NCBI GenBank assembly: GCA_963801605.1
Contig: CAWDFP010000006.1
Span: forward strand, 1,440,001-1,504,000
DNA length: 64,000 nucleotides
Source: an uncultured candidate division Zixibacteria bacterium
Lineage (GTDB): Bacteria > Zixibacteria > MSB-5A5 > UBA10806
Direction: 5' to 3'
Part shown: positions 28,446 to 38,780 of the stretch, in pieces
Layout: each line of letters starts with the position of its first letter
Numbering within the stretch: the stretch's first letter is position 1
Program-made: the position numbers and the translations under genes
The notes under the pieces: generated by a model
What the model saw: only the letters and a program-made list of their open reading frames with translations
What the model was told of the DNA's origin: nothing
The model's database searches: none

Positions 28446-31395
28446 CTATTTCAACAGCGACATCCTGATTACGCCGCTCTTATCGCCGGTTGCTAATCTC
28501 GCGAAATATACGCCCGATGAAACCGGGACGCCCTCGCTCGATTTCCCATCCCATTCGATCAAATGATTTCCCGCCGTAAGGGATGCGTCAAGAAGCGTCG
28601 CTACCTTGCGGCCAAGTATATCGAATACCTCCAATTTTACCGCCCCGGCCTCCGGGATCGTAAAGGAAATCTTGGTCGACGGGTTGAACGGATTAGGATA
28701 GTTCTGATTCAAAGCAAAATCGTTTGGAAGAGGCTCTCCCGATTGATAGACATCCTGCGCAATGCCGGTGCCTACAATCCTTATTCCCCAGCTATTCAGA
28801 TGGCCAACGTTGCCGGTGGCTCTGTCGGCGACATATAGAATCCAGCGCCCCTGGCAGGAATCACCGTTAAATATCGTCATAGCGCCGGGGCCGTCAGGCG
28901 TGATATCGTCATCATACCAGCCAACGATGCTGTCGCCATCCGCGCCGGATCTATTATGCAGCGTGACCCGCCTGTTGCCCGTACTGCCATATATGTAAAA
29001 ATAAAGATCGCCGATATAAGGATGAGTAATGTTCACATAGATATCGACGGCGTAAATCCGCAAATGTTCCGGTATTATTATCGTATCCGCTACGCTGCGG
29101 GCGCCATCGGGAATGTCGAAACCATCCGCCATATATTCGGCTGTCTGCGTTTCGAGGATTCCGAATGAAAAATAACCGCTGCCAGGAAGATAGGTCACGT
29201 TGTGCGCCACCGCCCGGTCTCTGGCCTTTATGCGATAACTTACAGTATCAAACGGAACCACTGTGCCGGTCAATACGCCTCTAAAGTTATTTGTGGTATC
29301 AACCCTGGCCAAAGCAATAGTCGTTGTTGAATCACCATTGATGTTGAATTCGACCCAAACGGAATCAACACCGAGATTATCCGTAACTGTCGCATTTATG
29401 GTCGGAGGCCAGCCTATAGGTGGCAAGTCTCCTATCGGGGTATGCGTGATAATCGGTCTGATGGTGTCAGGGCCTACATAAAAATGGAACGGTGTTGCCG
29501 GCGCAGTTACGGGAAGGTTCGATGTAAAGTTCATGCTATCCGCCGCATGAAGGTAATAGAAAACCGTATCCTGATGGCCGGGGCCGGGTAACAGACCTTG
29601 ATACTCATGAGGATTCGCAGTCGGTGTCATTTCGACAATTGAAAAAGCGGTGTCTCCCTGAAAACGATAATTAATCGAAAGCGAAGCCATCGGGAATGTA
29701 TTATTCATTGTGGCTAAAATAGGATAAGGTCCGGCCTGATTCTCAGTGGTAGTTAACGCTGCATGATGAATTTCAAGATGCACCGGCAGCTCGGTGAATA
29801 TACCCCTGTCAAGGAACGCCTGACCGATATCCATAAGATGGCGGCCGTTATAAAGATCCATATCGGCCTGTACTATGGCATTGGCCGCTAATCTGAAAGT
29901 GGCGGTGGGAGTAAGGCTGAAATGGCTTTCAAGAACCACCTGTAGCGAGGTATCATAACCGATATCGTTCATAATATCCCAGAGGGCGCGGCTCCAAATT
30001 TCGCCGTCGTCATGCACTTCTCCGTCCATATCCGCTGGATAATGCTTGTTGCCGTCAACTCGTCGTCCCGGCCAGAAATTATCGTTATGATTGCCATCCC
30101 AATCAAAAACCTGGGCTTCATGCCAGTTGCCCGATATTGGATGAAAAAACGCCACCGTCAGAAAATCGCCAAATCCCTCACCCATGGCCCCGCCTTCTTC
30201 AAGCTGTCCCCAGCCCAGGGACCTGATCATATTGCGTGGCGTGACCGTACTCATGAATAATTACATCGCCATCCTCGGCATCATCGACTCCACCGGATCC
30301 GTAAGTAATTCGACGCTGGCTGGGAGTAAACCAGGAATTATCGTCAGTGGTACCGTTGACAGCCAGTCCGATCGAATAATCCATGAGGCTGTCGAAGCCG
30401 AGCGTCCGATAAAACCTGGCGCAGGTATCTATCTGGAAATATGCCATGGTCTCTTCAAACTTGGGATTGCTGCGCGTAAAATTGAAAGAATCGGGGCTCG
30501 TAAAGCGCGCCCGTCCCGATGTGGGCGTCGTATTAACAAATGTACCGGATAAATAATAATAACCGCCTGATGGTGGATTTAGGTTCCTCAAAACCATGGG
30601 GAACCTGGCATTGGTTAAAATCGGATAATCCCTGTTCGATGAGTCTCTCAATCCCGCATTCTGAGTGCTGACTATCGGATTGGGATTAAACACCATTCCC
30701 GCGCCATCGACAAAACACATATCATTTCTTTTTGCAGTGATACTGCCGTTACTTGCATTTACAAATACCTGCCAATCACCAAGCGGACGGTCGGCGGGAA
30801 TTGTCACCAGCCAGCAGAGAGTCGGAGTTATATTCTGCGCATATATTATGATCTCGGTTGTGGGGTCACCCGTAAATGACACCACGCCAATTTCTTTTAT
30901 CGCAATGTCCTGGGCAGCCGATGCGGACAGCGATGGCGTTGTGGATATATTCATGTTGGTTTTATAATCTGAACTTACCGATGATATCACCCCGTCACGC
31001 CTGATATTAATCAGGACCTGGGATGCGTATACCGGCACACCCTGCCACATCTGTTGATATCTATAATGATACCCGGCCAATGACGGTTTTGCCGACATCA
31101 GGCTTAAATCGCTGCCATCACCCTTCAGACCCAAAAGAGCGCTGTTCATCTTTAGATAATCAGATACAATCTCCGCGGTCGTGGTTTTTTGCGAATTAAA
31201 ATTCGGGTAATAGAGCACTTTGGCAATGCCGTCAGATGTTATTTCGTCAAGCATCGGCTTGCCGGAACTGGCCTGCATAGGCGGATATTGCCCGGGGACG
31301 ATACTCTCCGGTCCCGGCGCCTTCTTGGCCAGACTCAATGAAAAAGATAGAGCGATCATGATAGTTGATGCGATCAGAATTCTTTTTACTAACAC
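28446..31395 (-). CDS. Secreted M36/M4-type (fungalysin/thermolysin-like) metallopeptidase: FTP-PepSY propeptide, catalytic domain, P-proprotein-convertase domain, T9SS-typeA/FlgD-Ig-like CTD; one +1 frameshift near 30215
   Basis: HYRYQQ...GVPV propeptide, DAEDGDVIIHEYGH, GAMGEGFGD, EVHDDGEIW, ITHPYIGDL, LNQNYPNPFNP. The two ORFs join as QVPGWGQLEEG. Confidence 0.88.
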
Positions 31396-31713
31396 AAGGA
31401 CCTCCGCTTAAGCTGTTTGTATAAATATATGTAGCTTAATAATACTTATCAAGAAGAAGTTTAATTTACTTTTGAATCCCTTTTAATATACTATATTTAT
31501 TCTATTTTTCATCTTGCCGAATCAAGCGCCTTCGCAAATTTATAGCCAAACGAAGCCGATTGATATTGACTCGTATGCCCCTATCTGCTAAGTTTGATGT
31601 TTCGTGGATGGGGGGAATTAGTTAATCGCTTGGGTTTAAAGATTAACATGAATTTGTTCGAATCCCTTGAGGATAAATAAGATAAGTTGATTTAATTTTC
31701 TTTTTGCGAAAGT

Positions 31714-32304
31714 TTGAAGGATTTGACAGGATTATTAATAGCAGTTTTTGCTTCCGGTGGAGGCACTAATTTAGAGGCTTTAATCGAAGCTTCCCAACAG
31801 GGTATATTTAATGGCCGAATAAATGCCGTCATATCCAATAATTCAGCGGCTTTTGCCTTGGTGCGGGCTTCGCAGCACGGCATCCCCGCCTATCATATCA
31901 GCTCCAAAACCGCGCCCGACTCGGAAACCTTCATAAATCAAATTCAACAGGTTCTACAAAATCATTCGATAAACCTAATCGTATTGGCCGGTTATATGAA
32001 ATTACTGCCGCCGGAAATCATCCGCGCCTACCGAAGCCGTATTATTAATATCCATCCCGCCCTCCTGCCAAAGTACGGCGGTAAAGGTATGTATGGCGCC
32101 AATGTCCACCGGGCTGTTTTGGCTTCCGCCGATAAACTCTCAGGAGCCACCGTACACTTTGTCACCGAGGACTATGATCGCGGCCCTATTCTTATCCAGA
32201 GAACCCTGCCCGTACTTCCCGATGATACTCCGGAAAGTTTGGCGGCTAGGGTTCTCGAAATTGAGCATACCATCCTGCCGCAAGCCCTACGAATGTTTCT
32301 ATGA
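31714..32304 (+). CDS. purN: Phosphoribosylglycinamide formyltransferase
   Basis: AVFASGGGTNL, LAGYMK, INIHPALLPK, GATVHFV..D.GP. Confidence 0.96.
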   Translation: MKDLTGLLIAVFASGGGTNLEALIEASQQGIFNGRINAVISNNSAAFALVRASQHGIPAYHISSKTAPDSETFINQIQQVLQNHSINLIVLAGYMKLLPPEIIRAYRSRIINIHPALLPKYGGKGMYGANVHRAVLASADKLSGATVHFVTEDYDRGPILIQRTLPVLPDDTPESLAARVLEIEHTILPQALRMFL

Positions 32305-33926
32305 AATTGCTCTCAGCTATTATTTCAATAGTTATCTTATTTTCGCAGAACTGCCTGGCATACATAGATATTTCGGACCTCCAACCCTATACCGGCCGAA
32401 CCATCACCAAAATTGATATTGTCAGAAAGAATATTTTTGATGATAAAATTGCGTCAGACCACGGATCGCCCTTCTATTATCGCTGGGCCAACAGCCTTCA
32501 CATAATGACTCGCCAAAGCGTTATAGAGCGTGAACTGCTATTCAAAGTTGGAAACAAGCTCGATCTCGAAAGGATCATCGAAACCGAACGCAATCTGCGG
32601 CTTGGGGGTTTTATTGGCGAGGTTAATATCGAGGCCGCCTCCGATGGCGCCGATGGTGTTGACCTCAAAGTTGTTACCACCGATCTCTGGACCACCAAGG
32701 TGTCGGTATTCGCCGATCTGGCGGGTGGTAAGTATGCCACCGGTATCGACCTGGTTGAACAGAACCTTTTCGGCTATGGCAAGACGATTGATATCCTCGG
32801 CCAGGTGGGTAATGATCAGAAAGGCTATAATCTTTTATATTTAGATAATCGCCTGATAGGATCCCGTCTGGCGTTAGGTTTGATGGCGACTGACTTCACC
32901 TATGATAGGGGATTTTCGATCAGCCTCGGACATCCGCAATACTCCTTATCGGTCCATACCAGTTATAAGGCGATTTTCTCGCAATTTGACACGAGGCCCA
33001 GACTATTTTATAAAGGCAACGAATATTTTAGATATAAAAATAAGAATACTCTTTCTAATTTTGAAGGCGCTTACATTTTTGGAAATTATACTCGCCTGGG
33101 TGTCATCGTCGGCTATGATTATGAAAAATATAATTATTCCCCCAACGATCCAAATTCGACATTCAATTATCTGATTCCCCCGAACGAAGTCATTTCATAT
33201 CCTTTGATTGGTTTGAGTGGTTCCGTCATTCAATATGATGTAGAACGCTATCTTGATGGCCCCGGGCTGCCTGAAGACCTTACATTGGGCGCCAGCCTTA
33301 AGGCCACCATTGGCCGATCCGCTAAAATTTTTGGAGCCACCTACAGGGGCTATTTCCCTAAAATGACAGCCCAATTCCTGTTCAAACCGGGAAGCCGGAC
33401 CTTTATAGGAGGCATAGAATCCATTTCCTGGTGGCATCGTAACGGACGAAACGAGCGTATCAGGCATATCAGCGAGGCGGCCTTCTACTACAAGCCATAT
33501 TATAATCATGTACTGGTACTTCACGCCCTCACCGATTTCGCCTGGCGCCAAAAATCGACATATCAGGTTTTCCTGGGAGGCGGTAATGGCTTAAGAGGCC
33601 ATTCCTATTATGAGTTCTCGGGCACGAAATCGGCTCTCGCAAATATTGAATACCGTTTCTACCTGCCAATCGAAATCCTGACTGTAAAATTGGGAGCCGC
33701 TGCCTTTTTCGATATCGGAAACGTTTGGCGAAGCGACCAGCATATAAAATTAGGCGATCTTAAATCCGATGTCGGCGTGGGATTGCGCTTCGGTTTAACA
33801 CGGTCATCGACCTCGCGCGTGGTAAATCTCGATATCGCCCGGGCTCTTTCGCATTATGGTGTATTTGTAGTGTTCAGTTCATCAACCTCGATGTTGCGTT
33901 TGAGTGATATCAATGTCATTCAATAA
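32301..33926 (+). CDS. Omp85/BamA-TamA family outer-membrane protein with POTRA domain
   Basis: Signal peptide, T..SVIERELLFKVG, ETERNLR, LGG.NGLRG, EYR, FFDIGNVW, GVGLR. Confidence 0.85.
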   Translation: MKLLSAIISIVILFSQNCLAYIDISDLQPYTGRTITKIDIVRKNIFDDKIASDHGSPFYYRWANSLHIMTRQSVIERELLFKVGNKLDLERIIETERNLRLGGFIGEVNIEAASDGADGVDLKVVTTDLWTTKVSVFADLAGGKYATGIDLVEQNLFGYGKTIDILGQVGNDQKGYNLLYLDNRLIGSRLALGLMATDFTYDRGFSISLGHPQYSLSVHTSYKAIFSQFDTRPRLFYKGNEYFRYKNKNTLSNFEGAYIFGNYTRLGVIVGYDYEKYNYSPNDPNSTFNYLIPPNEVISYPLIGLSGSVIQYDVERYLDGPGLPEDLTLGASLKATIGRSAKIFGATYRGYFPKMTAQFLFKPGSRTFIGGIESISWWHRNGRNERIRHISEAAFYYKPYYNHVLVLHALTDFAWRQKSTYQVFLGGGNGLRGHSYYEFSGTKSALANIEYRFYLPIEILTVKLGAAAFFDIGNVWRSDQHIKLGDLKSDVGVGLRFGLTRSSTSRVVNLDIARALSHYGVFVVFSSSTSMLRLSDINVIQ

Positions 33927-35370
33927 GAAATTTTTCTCGATTCTGGGGATAATCACCTTCATCAGGCTCTTCTATGCCATTATTTTGCCATTAGCCCCTC
34001 AGGAGGCTTATTACTGGAATTACTCCCGGCACCCGGCCCTTTCGTATTTCGATCATCCGCCAATGGCATCTTATGTTATCAGGTTGACAACCTTGCTGGG
34101 CACATCTGCATTCTCAATCCATCTGGCGGCTATCCTGATTTCAGTCGTAATGACAATAGCCATTTACCGCTTGGCCAGCCTTCTGTTCGATGAGTGGGTT
34201 GGTTTCTGGAGCGCCATTGTTATAAATCTCGTATTTATTTACGCCCTGGGCGCGCTCATCATAACCCCCGATAACCCCATGCTGCTTTTCTGGGTTTTAT
34301 CGATGATCGCCTGCATCAAGATTGACAGGGGAGAGGGGCCTGTCTGGTGGTTACTTCTGGGGATATTTTTGGGCGCGGGATTTATCAGTAAATATCCGAT
34401 TGTCTTTGCCGGATTTGGAGCCTTGTTATTCTTTCTTTCTTCGAGCCAACGCCGAAAATGGTTCTCTACGCCCTGGCCGTATATCGCCTTGCTGGCTGCT
34501 TTTATTGTCGCCCTTCCGGTGATTTACTGGAATTATACCCACAACTGGGCCAGCTTTGCGTTTCAAACCTCGCGGCGCGCCGGTGAAATGAGTCGTTTCC
34601 GTTCCGATTATTTCTTTGGCTATATTGGGACTATTTTGGGGATTTACGGTTTTATCCCCATTCCGATACTTGTAACCGGTATGTGGAGCTCGCTTAGGAA
34701 CGCCATTAAAACGAAAGCGACCAATCATATTCTACTCGTTGCATTTTCATTACCACTGGTACTCTTTCTTTTACCGGTTGCAGCGCGTTCCTGGGTAAAA
34801 ATGAACTGGACTGCTCCGGCCTTCATCGGATGGTTTATCGCGGCGGTGGCTTATTATCGAGCCAACTCCCTCAGTCGCAGGTGGGTACGAATCCTGGGCA
34901 GGATCAGCGTGATTTTCTTAGCGGTCAGCATAGTAGTAATTCATATTCTGGCGCCTTTGCCCGGTTTGTATCTGGGCAAAGGAGATTATTACGCTGGATG
35001 GAAAGACCTGGCGGGCAGGATCGAATCGCTTCGTTCTGAGATGCCCGCGCCTTATTTTATAGCGGGCTCAGAATACAAAATATCATCGGAACTGGCCTTC
35101 TATCTCAAAGGGCATCCGGAAACGGTTGGCGCCAACGTTATCGGGCTGCCGGCGCTGCAATATGATTATTGGGCTAACCCCGATACCCTTTTAGGTTACA
35201 ATGGAATATATATCTCTGATTGCTCCAACTGCCCCGGCTTTGCTGACGAATTGAAACAGTTTTTTGGAAATGTTTCCGAACCGCTGGTTTTTCGAATCGA
35301 AAAAGGTGGGAAAAAGGTACGTGATTATTATATATACCTGTGCTATAATTATACGGGAATCAGGAGGTAA
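33913..35370 (+). CDS. ArnT/PMT (GT39/GT83-like) membrane glycosyltransferase
   Basis: EAYYWNYSRHPALSYFDHPP, ITPD.P, SKY; many TM helices. Confidence 0.88.
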   Translation: MSFNKKFFSILGIITFIRLFYAIILPLAPQEAYYWNYSRHPALSYFDHPPMASYVIRLTTLLGTSAFSIHLAAILISVVMTIAIYRLASLLFDEWVGFWSAIVINLVFIYALGALIITPDNPMLLFWVLSMIACIKIDRGEGPVWWLLLGIFLGAGFISKYPIVFAGFGALLFFLSSSQRRKWFSTPWPYIALLAAFIVALPVIYWNYTHNWASFAFQTSRRAGEMSRFRSDYFFGYIGTILGIYGFIPIPILVTGMWSSLRNAIKTKATNHILLVAFSLPLVLFLLPVAARSWVKMNWTAPAFIGWFIAAVAYYRANSLSRRWVRILGRISVIFLAVSIVVIHILAPLPGLYLGKGDYYAGWKDLAGRIESLRSEMPAPYFIAGSEYKISSELAFYLKGHPETVGANVIGLPALQYDYWANPDTLLGYNGIYISDCSNCPGFADELKQFFGNVSEPLVFRIEKGGKKVRDYYIYLCYNYTGIRR

Positions 35371-35372
35371 TT

Positions 35373-36287
35373 ATGTATACAGTCTTAAAAACCGATATAA
35401 AAGAGTTTCCGCTCATAGCCAGGGGCAAAGTCCGCGATATCTATGATCTCGGAGATACGCTTCTCTTCGTGGCCACGGATCGAATCTCAGCTTTCGATTT
35501 TATCCTGCCAACCCCGATTCCCGGCAAGGGGATAATCCTGAATTCGATGTCCCTGTTTTGGTTTTCGTTTATCAGCGATATTATCCCCAATCATCTGATG
35601 ACCAGCGATTTCAATTCCTATCCGAAACCGCTTCAAAAGCACAAAGACCAACTCGAGGGCCGTTCGATGATCGTTCGCAAAGCACAGCGAATTGACATCG
35701 AATGCGTGGCCCGTGGCTATCTGGCAGGCTCCGGATATAAAGAATATCAGCAACTCCTCAAAGCCAGTCCCGACGCTTCGTCTGTTGATCTTTATGGCAA
35801 TACCGTTCCCGCCAATCTAAAAATGGCGGATAAGCTTCCGCGTCCCATCTTCACTCCCGCTACCAAGGAGGAATCGGGACATGACCAGAACATAACCTTT
35901 GATCGCATGGTGGATATTACCGGTTTCGAGGTCGCCAGTCGGCTCCGCGACGCTACCCTCGAGATATATACCCGCTCAAATGTTTATGCCAATACGCGTG
36001 GAATAATTATTGCAGATACCAAATTCGAGTTCGGGTTTATCGATGGCCAGTTGAGCCTCATTGACGAAATCCTCTCTCCTGATTCCTCGCGCTTCTGGCC
36101 GATTGATTCGTATAAACCCGGCAGCAATCCGCCATCCTTCGATAAGCAATTCGTCCGTGATTGGCTGGAGAGTTCCGGTTGGAATAAGAACTCCGCGCCG
36201 CCGGAACTGCCGCCCGATATTGTCGAAAAGACACTTGAGAAATACAAACTCGCACATAAAATATTAACAGGTAAGGATATATTATAG
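35373..36287 (+). CDS. purC: SAICAR synthetase
   Basis: GKVRDIY, ATDRISAFD, ECVARGYLAGSG, IADTKFEFG, PDSSRFW. Confidence 0.97.
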   Translation: MYTVLKTDIKEFPLIARGKVRDIYDLGDTLLFVATDRISAFDFILPTPIPGKGIILNSMSLFWFSFISDIIPNHLMTSDFNSYPKPLQKHKDQLEGRSMIVRKAQRIDIECVARGYLAGSGYKEYQQLLKASPDASSVDLYGNTVPANLKMADKLPRPIFTPATKEESGHDQNITFDRMVDITGFEVASRLRDATLEIYTRSNVYANTRGIIIADTKFEFGFIDGQLSLIDEILSPDSSRFWPIDSYKPGSNPPSFDKQFVRDWLESSGWNKNSAPPELPPDIVEKTLEKYKLAHKILTGKDIL

Positions 36288-36331
36288 GTCAAATCCCTGC
36301 CTGCCGGCAGGCAGGTCTTCGGAGAATTGAC
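36288..36331. repeat. Perfect 20-bp palindrome CCTGCCTGCCGGCAGGCAGG (36296-36315) nested within a TTCG-loop hairpin
   Basis: Read directly; deleting the palindrome restores GTCAA-A-TCTC-TTCG-GAGA-A-TTGAC. Confidence 0.85.
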
Positions 36332-36378
36332 AGGGCGATTGCTAACTAATTAAATCTATGGTGATAGGATAATTCGCA

Positions 36379-37923
36379 ATGAAGATTAAACGTGCCTTAA
36401 TTAGCGTGTTCGAAAAAGACGGCCTCCTCGAATTAGCGAAAGGCCTCCTCGAATTTAACATCGATATTCTTTCCACCGGCGGGACTATGAAAGCCCTTAA
36501 GGACGCTGGCATACCCGTAACCTCGGTTTCGGACATCACCGGATTCCCCGAGATACTCGATGGCCGTGTTAAGACGCTGCATCCCAAAATCCACGGTGGT
36601 ATTCTGGCCCGGCGCAATCTGCCTGAGCATCTGGCGGCAATAGAAAAACACGGTATAACTCCGATAGATCTGGTAATCGTAAACCTCTATCCATTCGAAA
36701 AAGTGGCTGCCAAACCCGGCATCTCCGATGACGAAGTTATTGAAAATATCGATATCGGCGGGCCAAGTATGGTGCGTTCCGCTGCCAAGAATTTCGCTGA
36801 TGTTACCATCGTAACCTCGCCATCGGATTACCCGGCTCTTCTCGATGAGCTGAAAAATAACGGCGGCGCTGCCACCCTTGAATTCCGTCGCCAAATGGCT
36901 GCAGCCGCCTTTGCCAGAACCGCTTCCTATGACAGCGCTATCTCAACCTGGTTTGCCAAACGTTCCGAGGAATTTCCCGGGTCGCTCAATCTTTCATACC
37001 AGCTATCTTCCGGTCTTCGTTACGGCGAAAACCCCCATCAGAAAGCGGCTCTATACGAGACTCCTAATTTCCCCTTTACGTCGATACCCAAAGGGAAACT
37101 TCTCTCCGGAAAAGAGCTTTCTTTCAATAATATCTGGGACCTCGAGGCCGGCCTTCAAATGGCGCTCGATTTTGCCGAACCGTTTGCCGCAGTTATCAAG
37201 CATACCAATCCTTGCGGCGCGGCTATAGCCAAAACGCTGGCCGACGCCTACAAAAAGGCTTTGGACGCTGATCCCGTTTCTGCTTATGGCTCAGTTATCG
37301 CTCTCAATCGAATAGTCGATATGAATACCGCCAGACTCCTGCACGAGACCCCCTTTGTAGAATGTATCCTTGCTCCCGGCTTTGAGCCGGATTCGCTGGA
37401 GCTTCTCGCTAAGAAAAAGAATCGTCGGCTTCTCGATGTTGGCGCTTTTTCTCGATTGCCGGAAAACTCCTATGACTATCGCCCCATCACTGGAGGAACG
37501 CTGGCACAAACTCCTGATCGCTTTGACGTAAAAAGGGACGATCTAAAAGTTGTCACGAAAGTATCGCCTACGGATGCGCAATTAGAAGAACTCCTGTTTG
37601 CCTTCCGGATTGTCAAGCATATCAAATCGAACGCCATCGTAATTTGTAAAGATAAAACCGCCGTCGGCGTGGGGCCGGGACAAACTTCAAGAGTGGAATC
37701 GTCGATTATCGCTTTACGCAAGGCAGGGGAGAGGGCTCGCGGCGCGGTAGCCGGTTCTGACGCTTTCTTTCCAATGCCTGATGGTCTCGAAGTGCTGGCC
37801 GAGGCCGGCGTAGTCGCTGTCATTCAGCCGGGCGGCTCCAAGCAAGACCCTGATGTTATCGCCGCCGCCGATCGTTTGGGTATCGCCATGGTGCTTACCG
37901 GCATCAGGCATTTCAAGCATTAG
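36379..37923 (+). CDS. purH: Bifunctional AICAR transformylase/IMP cyclohydrolase
   Basis: STGGT, GRVKTLHP, IDIGGPSM, RYGENPHQ, KH.KSNAI, SDAFFP, IQPGGS, RHFKH. Confidence 0.98.
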   Translation: MKIKRALISVFEKDGLLELAKGLLEFNIDILSTGGTMKALKDAGIPVTSVSDITGFPEILDGRVKTLHPKIHGGILARRNLPEHLAAIEKHGITPIDLVIVNLYPFEKVAAKPGISDDEVIENIDIGGPSMVRSAAKNFADVTIVTSPSDYPALLDELKNNGGAATLEFRRQMAAAAFARTASYDSAISTWFAKRSEEFPGSLNLSYQLSSGLRYGENPHQKAALYETPNFPFTSIPKGKLLSGKELSFNNIWDLEAGLQMALDFAEPFAAVIKHTNPCGAAIAKTLADAYKKALDADPVSAYGSVIALNRIVDMNTARLLHETPFVECILAPGFEPDSLELLAKKKNRRLLDVGAFSRLPENSYDYRPITGGTLAQTPDRFDVKRDDLKVVTKVSPTDAQLEELLFAFRIVKHIKSNAIVICKDKTAVGVGPGQTSRVESSIIALRKAGERARGAVAGSDAFFPMPDGLEVLAEAGVVAVIQPGGSKQDPDVIAAADRLGIAMVLTGIRHFKH

Positions 37924-37941
37924 GATCTATTTGTTTATATA

Positions 37942-37966
37942 TCCGGGGTTCACAGGGAACCCCGGA
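37942..37966. terminator. Hairpin terminator between convergent purH and ABC permease
   Basis: TCCGGGGTTC / GAACCCCGGA perfect stem. Confidence 0.75.
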
Positions 37967-37976
37967 ACTTGCTTGA

Positions 37977-38780
37977 TTATTGTTTCAACGCCCCGGCCGT
38001 AATGCCTTCGGTTATTTTTCTCTGAAAGATCAAAAAGAATATAATCACCGGAAGCGCCGCGATCACCGATCCCGCCATCGTGACCGGCCAGTCGCTGGAA
38101 CGCGGATCCTGCATTAAAGCCAGTCCGACCGGCAGGGTATACATCTCGCTGGAGTTGGTGAGTATTTTAGGAAAGAGAAACGAATTCCATGTAGTTAGAA
38201 ATGTCTGAATTCCAAGCACCGCCAGCGCCGGAGTGCACAGCGGCAGCACCACTCGGAAAAATATCGCCAATTCCCCGGCGCCATCGACACGGGCCGCATC
38301 TTCGAGATCGCCAGGCAAACCATCGATATATTGCTTCATCAGGAATATTCCCACGGGCGTAACCAACCAGGGAATGGTTAAGGCCCAATAAGTATCGAAC
38401 CATCCGAATTTGAGCATCATTTGAAATATGGGCAGGATCAATATATGGGCCGGTATCATCAGCATGGCGACTGCGATAATAAACATTGGCCAGGTGAGTT
38501 TCCGCGGCCCCCGCGATAAACCATAACCGATCATAGCGCACAGCAGCATATTGCCCAATGTTACTACTATTGCAACCAAAACCGAGTTAAAGAAATATCG
38601 CCCGAAATTATTCGATTTGAACACCACCGAATAATTCTTGAGAGTCCAGGAAAGATGTTTGAGATCGACTGCGAATGTCCCTGGCGCCTGGAAAGAGAGA
38701 ACAGCCATATAGAGCATTGGAAATACCATAACTCCGAAAACGAGGATTAGAAAAAGAGTAATAATCCAGCGCGATCTCAT
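37977..38780 (-). CDS. Carbohydrate ABC transporter permease (MalG-like)
   Basis: EDAARVDGA (EAA loop), WNSFLFP, TLPVGL, GALK C-terminus. Confidence 0.93.
   Translation of the reverse strand: MRSRWIITLFLILVFGVMVFPMLYMAVLSFQAPGTFAVDLKHLSWTLKNYSVVFKSNNFGRYFFNSVLVAIVVTLGNMLLCAMIGYGLSRGPRKLTWPMFIIAVAMLMIPAHILILPIFQMMLKFGWFDTYWALTIPWLVTPVGIFLMKQYIDGLPGDLEDAARVDGAGELAIFFRVVLPLCTPALAVLGIQTFLTTWNSFLFPKILTNSSEMYTLPVGLALMQDPRSSDWPVTMAGSVIAALPVIIFFLIFQRKITEGITAGALKQ

Noticed and set aside
31610..31670. tRNA remnant (GGGGAATTAG...GTTCGAATCCC)
   Set aside because: No T-stem, acceptor stem or anticodon arm can be formed.
36316..36378. ZTP riboswitch upstream of purH
   Set aside because: No GACTGGCG or CGCCTGGG consensus elements are present, and the spacer is short.
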